From positions 1 through 64,000 of the forward strand of contig NZ_MWQY01000009.1 of assembly GCF_002087085.1 (NCBI RefSeq): a DNA stretch of 64,000 nucleotides, written 5' to 3'. Shown here in pieces: positions 39,701-48,530 of the stretch. A model generated the notes under the pieces. It saw nothing but the letters and a program-made list of their open reading frames with translations. It was not told the origin of the DNA and did not search any database. Both the position numbers and the translations under genes were made by a program. Each line of letters begins with the position of its first letter. Position 1 is the stretch's first letter.

Positions 39701-40178
39701 CTTTCCGCGGCAGACCGAGCCTCCCCACCAGTGTGTGGCGGACTATTTCCGATCCCGTGAGGAGGGGCCGGACATCATAGCCCTGCAGGTGGTAACCATC
39801 GGGGAGAAGGCTCACCGGAAGTCGCAGGAACTGTACGACGCGGACGCATATAAAGAGTATCTGCTGTTTCACGGCTTGTCCGTGGAACTGGCGGAAGCCC
39901 TTGCGGAATACTGGCACCGCCAGGTCCGTCTTGAACTGGGTATCGCCGGGGAAGACGGATCCGGAATCGATGCCTTTGTCGTTCAGGAATACCGGGGATC
40001 CCGCTACTCCTTCGGATATCCGGCATGTCCGGACATGAAGGGCAACGAACTGATCTTTGATCTCCTTACTCCCGAAAAAATCGGCGTAAGCTTGAGCGGA
40101 GAGGGACAGATGGTTCCGGAACAGACGACCTCGGCGTTTATTGTCCATCATCCGCAGGCAAAGTATTTCAAGATATAA
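36789..40178 (+). CDS. metH: cobalamin-dependent methionine synthase
   Basis: [35 protein letters not shown]12 motif, [11 protein letters not shown] activation domain. Confidence 0.97.
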   Translation: MNFLERIEKGPVIFDGAMGTQIQNLNLSDTDWDNKPGCSEILNLTLPDTIEEIHRRYLEAGADVIETNSFGGNRIVLAEYGLEDRIVEINRAAARIARRAADAYSDQEKPRYVAGSMGPGTRLPSLGQISFDELYDSYRLQVQGLIEGGVDLLIIETCQDLLQIKAALIAALDQRTDMGVSTPVGVSVTIETTGTLLIGSSIGAVITALSPFPLAFLGLNCATGPDRMRSYIHEASRLFPGPVFVMPNAGMPENRGGQTVYTLEPADFARPLAEMVGSEGAAIIGGCCGTDPSYIAQLSRQIASITPAARTIQPMEAVSSLFTEKELTQEPAPFLIGERTNTNGSRLFRNKLLKEDWDGILDVAREQAASGAHALDLCVAYTGRDEIRDMKEALSRIVTQVDLPLVIDSTSPQVIEEALKMIGGKSIINSINLEDGEERARKICRLAKRYGSALIALTIDEKGMAKEASRKEEIAKRIYRMAVEEEGIPARDLLFDTLTFTLGSGDESLRTAGTETMEGIRRVKKSCPGSRTVLGVSNISFGLSPYSREVLNSLFLDEAIQAGLDAAIVNVRKIMPLSSIPEDEKRQALDLIYNRGKDPLFGFIRFFEGKEGKVREELDDSQGTPEERLSRRLIGGSKSGIEELLQELMKQMSPTDIINTLLIPAMKEVGQLFGSGKMQLPFVLQSAEVMKKAVSYLEPFMEKTEAQASLQIVLATVRGDVHDIGKNLVDIILSNNGYVVHNLGIKCEIETIIRKVEETGAQAVGLSGLLVKSTAIMKEYLEEMERRGIHVPVLLGGAALTRDYVANDCVPALSAPVVYCPDAFAGLAAMNSLKEGSLLSTKAAKRAAPLKRTASPEAKDAPLQKVAIPKAPFYGSRTVTEIPLEEIYPLLTEQVLFRGRWGYRRGTLSAEEYEELLRGEVRPLFEQLKEKGIREGLFEPKVVYGYYPCYSHGNDVVILNPETEKEVGRFSFPRQTEPPHQCVADYFRSREEGPDIIALQVVTIGEKAHRKSQELYDADAYKEYLLFHGLSVELAEALAEYWHRQVRLELGIAGEDGSGIDAFVVQEYRGSRYSFGYPACPDMKGNELIFDLLTPEKIGVSLSGEGQMVPEQTTSAFIVHHPQAKYFKI

Positions 40179-40189
40179 GGGAGGAAAAG

Positions 40190-40348
40190 ATGACCAGGTA
40201 CATCTGCACCAACTGCGGTTACATTTATGACCCGGAACTCGGCGACGACACCCAGGGAATCCCTCCGGGAACTCCCTTTGAGGATCTGCCGGAGGACTGG
40301 ACCTGCCCCATCTGCTACGTGGGAAAAGAACTTTTTGATCCGGTATAG
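40190..40348 (+). CDS. rubredoxin (52 aa), not in the ORF track
   Basis: [60 protein letters not shown]. Confidence 0.93.
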   Translation: MTRYICTNCGYIYDPELGDDTQGIPPGTPFEDLPEDWTCPICYVGKELFDPV

Positions 40349-40366
40349 AGGGAAGATATAAAAATA

Positions 40367-40389
40367 CCCCTGGGCCGACGGACCAGGGG
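40367..40389. terminator. hairpin between the convergent rubredoxin genes
   Basis: CCCCTGG...CCAGGGG with an A-tract on the left. Confidence 0.55.
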
Positions 40390-40413
40390 CTGTCTGATAC
40401 GATTCAGAGGAAT

Positions 40414-40575
40414 CTACTCCTCGGGAGAAAAATCTTCCTTGCCTACTCCGCAAACAGGACAGGTCCAGTCATCGGGGAGGTCTTCGAAAGCCGTTCCGGG
40501 TTTGATTCCATTATCGGGGTCACCTTCTGCGGGATCGTAGATATAACCGCAGGCATCACATACATATCGCTTCAC
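40414..40575 (-). CDS. rubredoxin
   Basis: [12 protein letters not shown]...[13 protein letters not shown] start at 40575 after AAGGAG. Confidence 0.95.
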   Translation of the reverse strand: MKRYVCDACGYIYDPAEGDPDNGIKPGTAFEDLPDDWTCPVCGVGKEDFSPEE

Positions 40576-40591
40576 ATCAGACTCCTTATTC

Positions 40592-40966
40592 TCAGGATTT
40601 CCATAATCCGTGAACATTGCAGTGCTCACGGGCACTTACATTATCGGCGCTAATGCAGAAATTTGCAACCGGTTCATCACCTGGTTTCAGGTACTGAATA
40701 TAGGAAACACCGTCTGCAATGAGCTCAATCCACTGGATATGATGCTCTTCGGTCATCGGGTGTATTGTACTGCCTACGGTTACCTTGAAACCGTCGGCGG
40801 TCTTTTCAATTACCGGAACATGCTTCTCCGTCGTCTTGTCGGCGGTCTTTTCCTCCAGCAGGGTCATAGGCTCCCCGCAGCAGACCAGCTCGCCTACACT
40901 GCCATAGAGTACTTCCACGATGTTTCCGCATTGCTCACATTTGTACACTTCCATTCTTTTAGCCAT
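40592..40966 (-). CDS. dfx: desulfoferrodoxin (2Fe superoxide reductase)
   Basis: YKCEQCGN...[34 protein letters not shown]. Confidence 0.95.
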   Translation of the reverse strand: MAKRMEVYKCEQCGNIVEVLYGSVGELVCCGEPMTLLEEKTADKTTEKHVPVIEKTADGFKVTVGSTIHPMTEEHHIQWIELIADGVSYIQYLKPGDEPVANFCISADNVSAREHCNVHGLWKS

Positions 40967-41035
40967 AGGAATCCTCCGTTCTATTATATCTCTGCTCCGG
41001 CCTTGTCTGAACCGGAGCTGAAAACCAGAGTTACG

Positions 41036-41431
41036 TTATTTATCCTCAGCAGAGCATTCAGCGCAGACACCTTCCAGTACAAGAGTTCCGCCATTTATGT
41101 TCACGCTTTTAAGAGACTCGGAATCTATAATTTCCGTCCATGCCGGAGAAGTCCCGTTCTTCCACTTCAAATCCGAAACCTGACGGCAATGGGTGCAGAA
41201 AAAATGGGGATGTATTGCCGGATTCGGGTCGAAATGGGCATGATCACCACCGACCTCCAGACGCTGAATGATCCCCTTGTTTGCCAGTACATCAAGGTTC
41301 CGGTATACAGTTCCGAGACTTATGCGGGGAAGAATCTGCCGTACTTCCGAGTAAATAGTGTCAGCACCCGGATGATCGGTATGAGTATGCAGCTGTTCCA
41401 GTATTACCTTTCGTTGTATGGTAGTTCTCAT
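41036..41431 (-). CDS. Fur-family repressor, probably PerR-like
   Basis: TIQRKVIL, HPGAD, SLGTVYRNL, HPHFFCTHC, GVCAEC; heads the dfx-rubredoxin unit. Confidence 0.88.
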   Translation of the reverse strand: MRTTIQRKVILEQLHTHTDHPGADTIYSEVRQILPRISLGTVYRNLDVLANKGIIQRLEVGGDHAHFDPNPAIHPHFFCTHCRQVSDLKWKNGTSPAWTEIIDSESLKSVNINGGTLVLEGVCAECSAEDK

Positions 41432-41452
41432 GATTAATCAGCGCCTTAACAG

Positions 41453-41499
41453 GTAGGAATTGTTATTGACAATATAGGAAGAAACAGCGGATCTGTCAA
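41453..41499 (-). promoter_or_regulatory. promoter of the fur/perR-dfx-rd unit with a possible Fur/PerR box
   Basis: TTGACA-17-TATATT on the minus strand, followed by an imperfect 7-1-7 element TAGGAAT-T-GTTATTG (41453-41468). Confidence 0.55.
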
Positions 41500-41531
41500 A
41501 TCTATTTTTACTTTTTCAGCGGATTATCAGA

Positions 41532-42182
41532 TTATTTTACCGAATACTCCACAGAGATGATCCCCGACAGATCAAGCTCCCGTTCCGATTCAGTACCGTC
41601 ATTGAGAAGGCTTATGCCGACCAGTATCCCCGGAAGGTCTCTGTTCATACGTATGTCCCTTATCAGGCAGTTTACGGAAAGCGTTTTTTCTCCGTTGAAG
41701 AAATCAACCTGCACTGGACGGGAACTGAGCCAGGCCTCACCTATTCGCTCCAGCTGTTCCCAGTATGCAGGATTAACCTCCTTGTCCTCCGCGTCGAGGC
41801 AATCGGAGGCGCTGTCGAGTTGCTTTCCCAGGGCGGGAGAAAATGTTTTGACGAAAGAGGAGAGTTTTCTGATTGCCGCAGCCCCTTCGGGGAAGCGATA
41901 GAGAGAGTTTTCAGCAAAGTATCTGAGGCCAAGATAAAAGCTTAAACCTTCAAGGAGTCCTATATGTCCCAGTCGGGTGGATTGGGAAGACTTGATTCCT
42001 ACCCGAAAATCCTGTTCCCACAGGGGAATACGGGCGCTCAACTCGTCGATATAACGTCCAGCCGTAGCCCGGTGCACGCCAAGCCGTCTGGCGATTTCCG
42101 CCCTCCTCAGTCCCTCGGGATGAGAAAGCAGAAGAAGTTCCAGCTGGTTCAGTCGTTCACTTTTGTTGCCTGCATATTTCAT
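41532..42182 (-). CDS. HTH + degenerate WYL-like transcriptional regulator lacking the WCX domain
   Basis: SERLNQLELLLLSHPEGLRRAEIARRLGVHRATAGRYIDEL winged HTH; helical linker; LERIGEAWLSSRPVQVDF...RELDLSGIISVE WYL-like ends; start taken at ATG 42182. Confidence 0.7.
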   Translation of the reverse strand: MKYAGNKSERLNQLELLLLSHPEGLRRAEIARRLGVHRATAGRYIDELSARIPLWEQDFRVGIKSSQSTRLGHIGLLEGLSFYLGLRYFAENSLYRFPEGAAAIRKLSSFVKTFSPALGKQLDSASDCLDAEDKEVNPAYWEQLERIGEAWLSSRPVQVDFFNGEKTLSVNCLIRDIRMNRDLPGILVGISLLNDGTESERELDLSGIISVEYSVK

Positions 42183-42341
42183 CTCCAAGTCCTTGTCATG
42201 TAGCTGAAAGTTCTCCTCACACAAGTGTCTTTATAACAGTTCAGTGTTGCAGCCACCGCAACAAAGACAAATAAATTACAATTTTTTAGTATTTTGAGTT
42301 ATTTGATAAGTATAACAGTATTACAGCAACTAGTAAAGATA

Positions 42342-42368
42342 ACTATTCCCCGTAGCCCGGGGAATAGT
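42342..42368 (-). terminator. terminator hairpin closing the nqr-like operon
   Basis: ACTATTCCCCG-N5-CGGGGAATAGT perfect 11-bp stem, followed by TATCTTT on the minus strand. Confidence 0.65.
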
Positions 42369-42405
42369 CAGAACATAAAAGGTAAAGAAAGGAGATAAAA
42401 AGAGA

Positions 42406-42876
42406 TCAGGCTTCCTCGCGAGAGACCTCGAGAACTTCAACCAGCGCTTCTGGATCGAGCCGGAAGGCAAAGCCTTTTCCCTCGTAAAAACCATGCTCCC
42501 GGATAAGATGGATATGCAGATCAGAGTACGAGATCTCCCTGCCGTGCTTTTCATTACGCACCGTCGTGGTGGTCTTCTCAAAAAGCCCTTGATCCTCGAA
42601 AGGGCATGGCAGTTTTCCCCTGACCGAATCGACCCGCACAAGAATTCCGGGTTCTACGGTTACAAATTCTCCCAGACCCTTTGCACCACCGTCCCGAAGG
42701 AACTGCATCCTGTTGGCTATAGCCTCATGGCTGACGTCCAGACGCTGGACTGCAGCTTCATCTTCTATGATTATATCCAGCAGGTGTCTCTGGTCCCTGC
42801 CCAGGAAACCTTCAAGAGTCAGTACCCCGGGAGCCATGTTTGCCTGGGCCCGCTTCATTTGCTGGGTTTGCTTCAT
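42406..42876 (-). CDS. uncharacterised soluble protein, last gene of the nqr-like operon
   Basis: Strong SD AAGGAGGAG; motifs GFLGRD, RGKLPCPF, HIHLIREHGFYEG, FRLDP; no family recognised. Confidence 0.75.
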   Translation of the reverse strand: MKQTQQMKRAQANMAPGVLTLEGFLGRDQRHLLDIIIEDEAAVQRLDVSHEAIANRMQFLRDGGAKGLGEFVTVEPGILVRVDSVRGKLPCPFEDQGLFEKTTTTVRNEKHGREISYSDLHIHLIREHGFYEGKGFAFRLDPEALVEVLEVSREEA

Positions 42877-42917
42877 GTTTTCGCTCCTCCTTAAATTCCG
42901 AATAGTAAAACAGCAAA

Positions 42918-44027
42918 TCAGCCGAACTTGTCAAAATAGATAAGATCTTCGGGAACACCGTTTTTCGTGAGGACATTCACGCAGGCGTCGATCATTCCCG
43001 GGCTGCCGCAGAGGTAACCTTCCACATTTTCCCCGCTCTCCATATGGCGGTCCAGCACGTCCGTGATGAGTCCGACCTCACCTTCCCATTCGTCTTCCGG
43101 TTCAGGCTCCGAGAGGGCGGGAATGAACTGAAAGTTGGGCAGTTTCTTTTCAAGTTCCCGCATTTCATCTATCAGGAACAGGTCCTTTTTGGTTCGGGCG
43201 CCGAAAAAGTAGCGCACCCTGCGGTTTATCCCCTTGTCGAGCATATCCAGCAGAATTGCCTTTATGGGGGCCATACCCGAACCGCCGGCGATGCAGACGA
43301 CCTCGCGCTCTGTATCCCGCAGGAAGAAATCCCCGTAGGGACCATTGATGGTTACCTGGTCCCCCTCTTTCAGATACTTATGCACATAGGTGGTACAGAT
43401 CCCGTTGGGGACCAGACGGATCTCGAGTTCAATCTCTCCGGTACTCGAAGGCGGAGAGGACATTGAATAGGCCCGGTAGACAGGTTCATCGGTGAGTTCG
43501 TACTCCGGCACCTGAAACTGGATAAACTGACCGGCGACCATGTCTATGGTGTCCGGATCATTCAGGGTAAGGGTAACTTCCTTGATATCGTGAGTAAGAT
43601 CCCGGATGCGCTTGACGGTTGTTGCATACTCCTTGACGTTGAAGAGTTCTTCCGGAATCCGGATCCGCATATCCTGCTTTACCTTGAGCTGGCAGGAAAG
43701 ACGGACGTTCTTTTCCCGTTCCTCTTCGCTTATCCAGGGCAGCTCGGTGGGAAGATACTGCCCGGCTCCCTCTTCTACAACGACCTTGCACAGTCCACAG
43801 GATCCCCGCCCGCCGCAGGCGGAGGGAATAAAGACCTCCTGTTCCATAAGAGTGCCCAGAAGGGGTTTTCCGCCGCGGACGGTGTATTCGTGATCGTCGT
43901 TGATAGTCAGTTTTACCTCGCCGTAATTCGCGATTGTCGCATCGGCAATAACCATCAACAGGGCAAGGAAAGCGGAAATGGCAGAGACGGCTCCAATACT
44001 GATCAAAAATGCCGACAGGGGAAACAT
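42918..44027 (-). CDS. NqrF-like membrane-anchored 2Fe-2S/FAD/NADH oxidoreductase
   Basis: N-terminal TM helix; SACGGRGSCGLC...RLSCQ; RAYS; IAGGSGMAP; YLCGSPGM; C-terminal FDKFG. Confidence 0.88.
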   Translation of the reverse strand: MFPLSAFLISIGAVSAISAFLALLMVIADATIANYGEVKLTINDDHEYTVRGGKPLLGTLMEQEVFIPSACGGRGSCGLCKVVVEEGAGQYLPTELPWISEEEREKNVRLSCQLKVKQDMRIRIPEELFNVKEYATTVKRIRDLTHDIKEVTLTLNDPDTIDMVAGQFIQFQVPEYELTDEPVYRAYSMSSPPSSTGEIELEIRLVPNGICTTYVHKYLKEGDQVTINGPYGDFFLRDTEREVVCIAGGSGMAPIKAILLDMLDKGINRRVRYFFGARTKKDLFLIDEMRELEKKLPNFQFIPALSEPEPEDEWEGEVGLITDVLDRHMESGENVEGYLCGSPGMIDACVNVLTKNGVPEDLIYFDKFG

Positions 44028-44037
44028 AGGGCCTCCT

Positions 44038-44631
44038 TTAGTTGATGTTGATCATGCCGGTAAAGCCCATGAAGGCCAGAGCCATCATGCCGGTGATAAT
44101 CAGGGTGATTCCGGCCCCCTCCATTCCCCGGGGGACCTTTGCCTTGGCCAGCTTCTGCCGGATTCCGGCCATTGCCATTATGGCGAGCCACCAGCCGAGC
44201 CCCGACCCGAGCCCGTAGAAGAAGCTGGACAGCAGGGTGTACTCCCGGATCACCATGAAGAGACTTACTCCCAGAATCGCGCAGTTAACGGTAATGAGGG
44301 GAAGAAAGATACCCAGCGCAGCGTACAGGGGCTCCGAGACCCGCTCGATTATCATCTCCACCAGCTGTACAAAGGCCGCGATGACGATGATGAATACGAT
44401 AAAACGCAGATAGGTGAGTCCCAGGGGATCCAGAATGAAGTAATAGACCAGATAATTCAGCAGACTGGTAGAGGCCATGACAAAGGTCACCGCCGTCCCC
44501 AGCCCCAGGGAGGTCTTTATTTCCCGGGAAACGCTCAGGAATGAGCACATTCCCAGATAATTTGTAAGAAGTATATTATTGGTAAAAATGGCGCCAAAGA
44601 ATATTGCCATTGCCATACCCCAGTCCATCAT
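44038..44631 (-). CDS. NqrE/RnfA-family membrane subunit
   Basis: NNILLTNYLGMCSFL, LGIFLPLITVNCAILG, MALAFMGF. Confidence 0.92.
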   Translation of the reverse strand: MMDWGMAMAIFFGAIFTNNILLTNYLGMCSFLSVSREIKTSLGLGTAVTFVMASTSLLNYLVYYFILDPLGLTYLRFIVFIIVIAAFVQLVEMIIERVSEPLYAALGIFLPLITVNCAILGVSLFMVIREYTLLSSFFYGLGSGLGWWLAIMAMAGIRQKLAKAKVPRGMEGAGITLIITGMMALAFMGFTGMININ

Positions 44632-45245
44632 GCTTTGGCCTCCTCTTTTTCTTTCAGAAATACCCCTTTAACGACCCAGATAAAGATCGCCAGCATAAAA
44701 AAGGCACCAGGGGGCATAACCATGATCGCCCAGTTTGTCCACCAGTCTCCCATTACCTGAAAACCGAAAATGGTACCCGAACCCATGAGCTCCCGGAAAA
44801 AGGCAATGACCAGGAGTACATAGGAGTAGCCGATACCCGATGCCACTCCGTCAATCAGGGAGATTCCCGGGGGATTGTTCAGGGCAAAAGCTTCGGCGCG
44901 GCCCATGATAATACAGTTGGTTATGATCAGGCCGACATAGGGCCCGAGCTGACGGGAGATATCCGGCAGATAGGCCTTCAGCACAATATCCACAATAATC
45001 ACATAGGAAGCGATAATCAGGGTCTCCGCCATCATGCGTACCCGGCCTGGTATTTTCTTCCGCAGCAGGGATACGGTAAATCCCGAAAGGGTGGTAGTAA
45101 ACAGCACTCCCAGGCTCATTACCAGGGTATTTCGGAAGTTATTGGTAACCGCCAGGGTTGAACATATTCCCAGAATCTGGGCAAATACGGGGTTATCAGC
45201 GCCTATGGCGCCGACGAATACTTTCTTGGCCTGTCCTCTGGCCAT
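44628..45245 (-). CDS. NqrD/RnfE-family membrane subunit
   Basis: NPVFAQILGICSTLAVT, GLIITNCIIMGRAEAFA, RELMGSG, PPGAF. Confidence 0.92.
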   Translation of the reverse strand: MARGQAKKVFVGAIGADNPVFAQILGICSTLAVTNNFRNTLVMSLGVLFTTTLSGFTVSLLRKKIPGRVRMMAETLIIASYVIIVDIVLKAYLPDISRQLGPYVGLIITNCIIMGRAEAFALNNPPGISLIDGVASGIGYSYVLLVIAFFRELMGSGTIFGFQVMGDWWTNWAIMVMPPGAFFMLAIFIWVVKGVFLKEKEEAKA

Positions 45246-45850
45246 CAGCGCACCTCCTTCAGCAGTGCAGCCGCTTCTTCAGGGCTGTCGTTAACCATGT
45301 CCCGGACATAATTTGAGGTATAGGTTGCTCCGGTAATGGCATTGACCTCATTGGGACCGGTATTTTCCGCATCCTCCCTGACAAGGGAAAAGGGCGGAGA
45401 TTTCTGCCGGAACTGGGTCTTGAACCATTCTTCTTCGATACGGGCTCCGAGTCCGGGGGTCTCATTCTGTTTAATGAAGTCTATACCTGTCATGGTCTTG
45501 AGATCTGCATCAAAACCGATCAGGGCCTCAATCTCTCCCCAGAGACCAGGTCCGGTGACGCGAAAAGCGTAGGCCTGGCCTCCGTCGATCTCAAAAACGC
45601 CGGGTTTACCGTCCACCATGTATTCCTTTACATGCTCGGAGTAGACCTGGTTTATCTGATTGTTGCTTTCCGGGACCTGGATACCCGCACTGAAAAGCAC
45701 TGCCTTCTTCAGGAATATGGTCTCGTTCTCCTCCACCAGAGAAGCGGTCTGCAGGTAGATACCCGAGATAGCCGAGATAAAAACCACGGTGAGAAATACC
45801 ATAAAGAGAATGGGATAGACTCTTTCCTTGAAAAACGATACCTCCTGCAT
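45245..45850 (-). CDS. NqrC/RnfG-family covalent FMN-binding subunit
   Basis: N-terminal TM helix, GPGLWG, ETPGLGARI, flavinylation motif ITGATYTS. Confidence 0.9.
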   Translation of the reverse strand: MQEVSFFKERVYPILFMVFLTVVFISAISGIYLQTASLVEENETIFLKKAVLFSAGIQVPESNNQINQVYSEHVKEYMVDGKPGVFEIDGGQAYAFRVTGPGLWGEIEALIGFDADLKTMTGIDFIKQNETPGLGARIEEEWFKTQFRQKSPPFSLVREDAENTGPNEVNAITGATYTSNYVRDMVNDSPEEAAALLKEVR

Positions 45851-46818
45851 TACGCTGCTCCTTCTGCTTTGGCCTTCTTCCGCTTCCGGGTTTCAACTAT
45901 TGTATAGTTTAGAAGGGGGGCAAACATGTTGGCAAGAAGAATGGCGAAGGTGATTCCCTCCGGCCAGATGGAAAAGGTACGTATAAGAACTGTGAGAATC
46001 CCGATAAAAGCCCCGTAAATCCAACGGCCCAGGTTGGTTGTCTGCGCCGACGAAACGGGGTCGGTCGCCATGTACATCATTCCATAGAGAATACTGCCGG
46101 CGAACAGCGCGTAGTGGGGAGGAATGGCCCCCTCGACCCCGGAGAAGAAGAGGATGCTCTGCATGCCAAGAAAACCGAGAATCCCCGGCACCACAATATG
46201 CCAGGAGGCAGTCTTCTGTATCATCAGAATCAGACCGGTTATTATGATCAGCACAGCGGAGGTTTCTCCCAGAGACCCGGCGGTGGAACCGATGAAAAGA
46301 TCCATAAAGGGGACTGCTTTTCCCGCTGCAAGATCAATCAGCGGTGTAGCCTGGGATACCGTATCGACCGCAGGCTGCCAGGCGACAAAGCCTCCAAGGG
46401 CTCCTCCTACGGGCTGCACAAAGCGTGAGGAGAGGTGATATCCGAAGCTTGCGTAGATAAACGCCCTGCCGGAAATCGCGGGATTGAATACATTGCGCCC
46501 GAAACCGCCGAAAACCATCTTTCCGAAGATTACTCCGAAGGCTATGCCCACCCCGGCAATCCAGAAAGGGATTGTGGGGGGAAGGGAGAGGGCAAAAAGG
46601 AAGTTGGTCACAAAGACCGCAGAAGAGACCTTCTGCTTCCCTCCCCTGACAAAGATGTACTCCGATAGAAAACCAACAACATTTACAAACGCCAGAATCG
46701 CAAGGGATCGCCAGCCGTAAAAATAGACCGAAGCGATCACCAGCGGTATCAGGGCATAGACAACCTTGAGCATTATCGGCTGCTTCTGAATAACGCTATT
46801 TATTTTTGCCATATTCAT
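45850..46818 (-). CDS. NqrB/RnfD-family membrane subunit (short, RnfD-sized)
   Basis: GKMVFGGFGRNVFNPA, SQATPL flavinylation site, GSLGETS, MATDPVS, ILLANMFAP. Confidence 0.92.
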   Translation of the reverse strand: MNMAKINSVIQKQPIMLKVVYALIPLVIASVYFYGWRSLAILAFVNVVGFLSEYIFVRGGKQKVSSAVFVTNFLFALSLPPTIPFWIAGVGIAFGVIFGKMVFGGFGRNVFNPAISGRAFIYASFGYHLSSRFVQPVGGALGGFVAWQPAVDTVSQATPLIDLAAGKAVPFMDLFIGSTAGSLGETSAVLIIITGLILMIQKTASWHIVVPGILGFLGMQSILFFSGVEGAIPPHYALFAGSILYGMMYMATDPVSSAQTTNLGRWIYGAFIGILTVLIRTFSIWPEGITFAILLANMFAPLLNYTIVETRKRKKAKAEGAA

Positions 46819-46824
46819 CCCTTT

Positions 46825-46852
46825 ACTATATAAGACTGCTGAGAAATGTCAA
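46825..46852 (-). promoter_or_regulatory. sigma70 promoter of the nqr-like operon
   Basis: TTGACA-16-TATAGT, 6 nt before the ATG at 46818. Confidence 0.65.
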
Positions 46853-47054
46853 TTTAAAGCTATCGACTGCTTCAATATAGATGTTCCTAAAGTTTAACGT
46901 CAAAGAAAAAAGAGAATTTCCCAAGGAGAATTTTTATTAGTACCTTAACGATGAAAGATGTTTGCCGGTAAGACCAATTCTTACTATTTTCATCAGGTTA
47001 TATGCGGCCGGTCCGGCATCTTTCGGAAAACATGCCAGAAAACAGGAGAGTAGA

Positions 47055-47495
47055 ATGACAAAATCGGCTTTTATGCAGGAACTTGAAAACATGCTGGATA
47101 TCGCAAAGACTGCGGTCCTTGCAACGGTCAGCGCAGACGGGTCGCCGGCAATGCGCTGGATGACGCCCTCGGTAATTCGCGGTCGTGCCGGGGCCCTCTA
47201 TGCGGTCACCTCCCGCACCTTCGCAAAAAGCGAACATCTGGCAAAAAACGCACAGGTTCAGTGGCTGCTGCAGAGCAAATCCCTGGACAAAATCATTACC
47301 GTCAACGGCAAGGTCAACATAATCGAAAACTCAGCCATGAAAGCGGAGGTCCTTGAAGCTATCGGGCCACGGCTCCCGGTTTTCTGGCGTGTCAATCCGG
47401 ATCCCGCGAATCTGGTGGTACTGGAAACAGTTGTGACAGAGGGCACCGTATTCATTCCCATGCGGGGCGAAAAGGATACGGTAAAATTCAATTAA
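47055..47495 (+). CDS. pyridoxamine-5'-phosphate-oxidase-like split-barrel flavin-binding protein
   Basis: AVLATVSADGSPAMRWM, TSRTFAKSEHLAKNAQV; start ATG 47055 after AGGAG. Confidence 0.78.
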   Translation: MTKSAFMQELENMLDIAKTAVLATVSADGSPAMRWMTPSVIRGRAGALYAVTSRTFAKSEHLAKNAQVQWLLQSKSLDKIITVNGKVNIIENSAMKAEVLEAIGPRLPVFWRVNPDPANLVVLETVVTEGTVFIPMRGEKDTVKFN

Positions 47496-47509
47496 GCCAA
47501 GGAGGCTCC

Positions 47510-48490
47510 ATGAGTCTGGTAAAAAAATACGGAAAAGAGACGACCCTTTCCCTGCTTCAAAGCATGCTTTTGATGCGACGCTTCGAAGAAAAAGCGGGTC
47601 AGATGTACGGTCTGCGAAAAATCGGCGGCTTCTGTCACCTGTATATCGGCCAGGAAGCAGTTGCTGCGGGGACAATCGGAGCACTGGATTTAAAAAGTGA
47701 TTATATCATAGGCGGCTACCGCGACCATGGCCACGCCCTCGCAGTGGGGATGGACCCCAAGGCGATCATGGCGGAGCTCTACGGCAAGGCCACGGGCTGT
47801 TCAAAGGGCAAAGGCGGCTCCATGCACATGTATTCCGCGGAAAAGCATATGCTCGGAGGAAACGGGATTGTGGGCAGCCAGATTCCCGTCGGCACAGGGG
47901 TAGCCTGGAAAATCAAGTACATGGAAGAAAATGGAGTGGTCCTCTGCTATTTCGGCGACGGGGCCATACACCAGGGCGCGTTTCACGAAAGCCTCAACCT
48001 TGCAAAGATCCACGACCTGCCCATCATCTACATAGTGGAGAACAACCAGTACGGCATGGGCACCGATTTCAAGCGGGTCTCCGCGGTTCATGATCTGGCT
48101 CAGATGGGTTATGCCTACGATATACCCGGCAAGCAGCTTAACGGTATGCAGGTCATGGAGGTCTATGATGAGTTTGTAAACGCCGTCAAAAGCATCCGGG
48201 AAAAACCCCATCCCCTTTTCTACGAAATCAAGACCTATCGCTACCGGGGACATTCCATGAGCGATCCGGCGAAGTACCGAACACCCGAGGAACTTGAAGA
48301 ATACAAACAGCAGGACCCGATATCCATACTCCTCAAACAGATGCAGGAAGAAAAACTCATCACCGAGAAGGAGTACAAGAAGATGGACAACGATATCAAG
48401 GCTATCTGCGACGAGGCGGTGGATTTTGCGGAAAAGAGTCCCGAACCCGAGCTTTCCGCGCTTTACGAAGACGTCTTCGCTGAAGCATGA
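47510..48490 (+). CDS. pdhA: pyruvate dehydrogenase E1 alpha
   Basis: GFCHLYIGQEA, YRDHG, GKGGSMH, GDGA TPP motif, TYRYRGHSMSDP. Confidence 0.96.
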   Translation: MSLVKKYGKETTLSLLQSMLLMRRFEEKAGQMYGLRKIGGFCHLYIGQEAVAAGTIGALDLKSDYIIGGYRDHGHALAVGMDPKAIMAELYGKATGCSKGKGGSMHMYSAEKHMLGGNGIVGSQIPVGTGVAWKIKYMEENGVVLCYFGDGAIHQGAFHESLNLAKIHDLPIIYIVENNQYGMGTDFKRVSAVHDLAQMGYAYDIPGKQLNGMQVMEVYDEFVNAVKSIREKPHPLFYEIKTYRYRGHSMSDPAKYRTPEELEEYKQQDPISILLKQMQEEKLITEKEYKKMDNDIKAICDEAVDFAEKSPEPELSALYEDVFAEA

Positions 48491-48530
48491 CCGGGAAACA
48501 TCTACCACCGCATACAAGGAGGAGGCGAAA

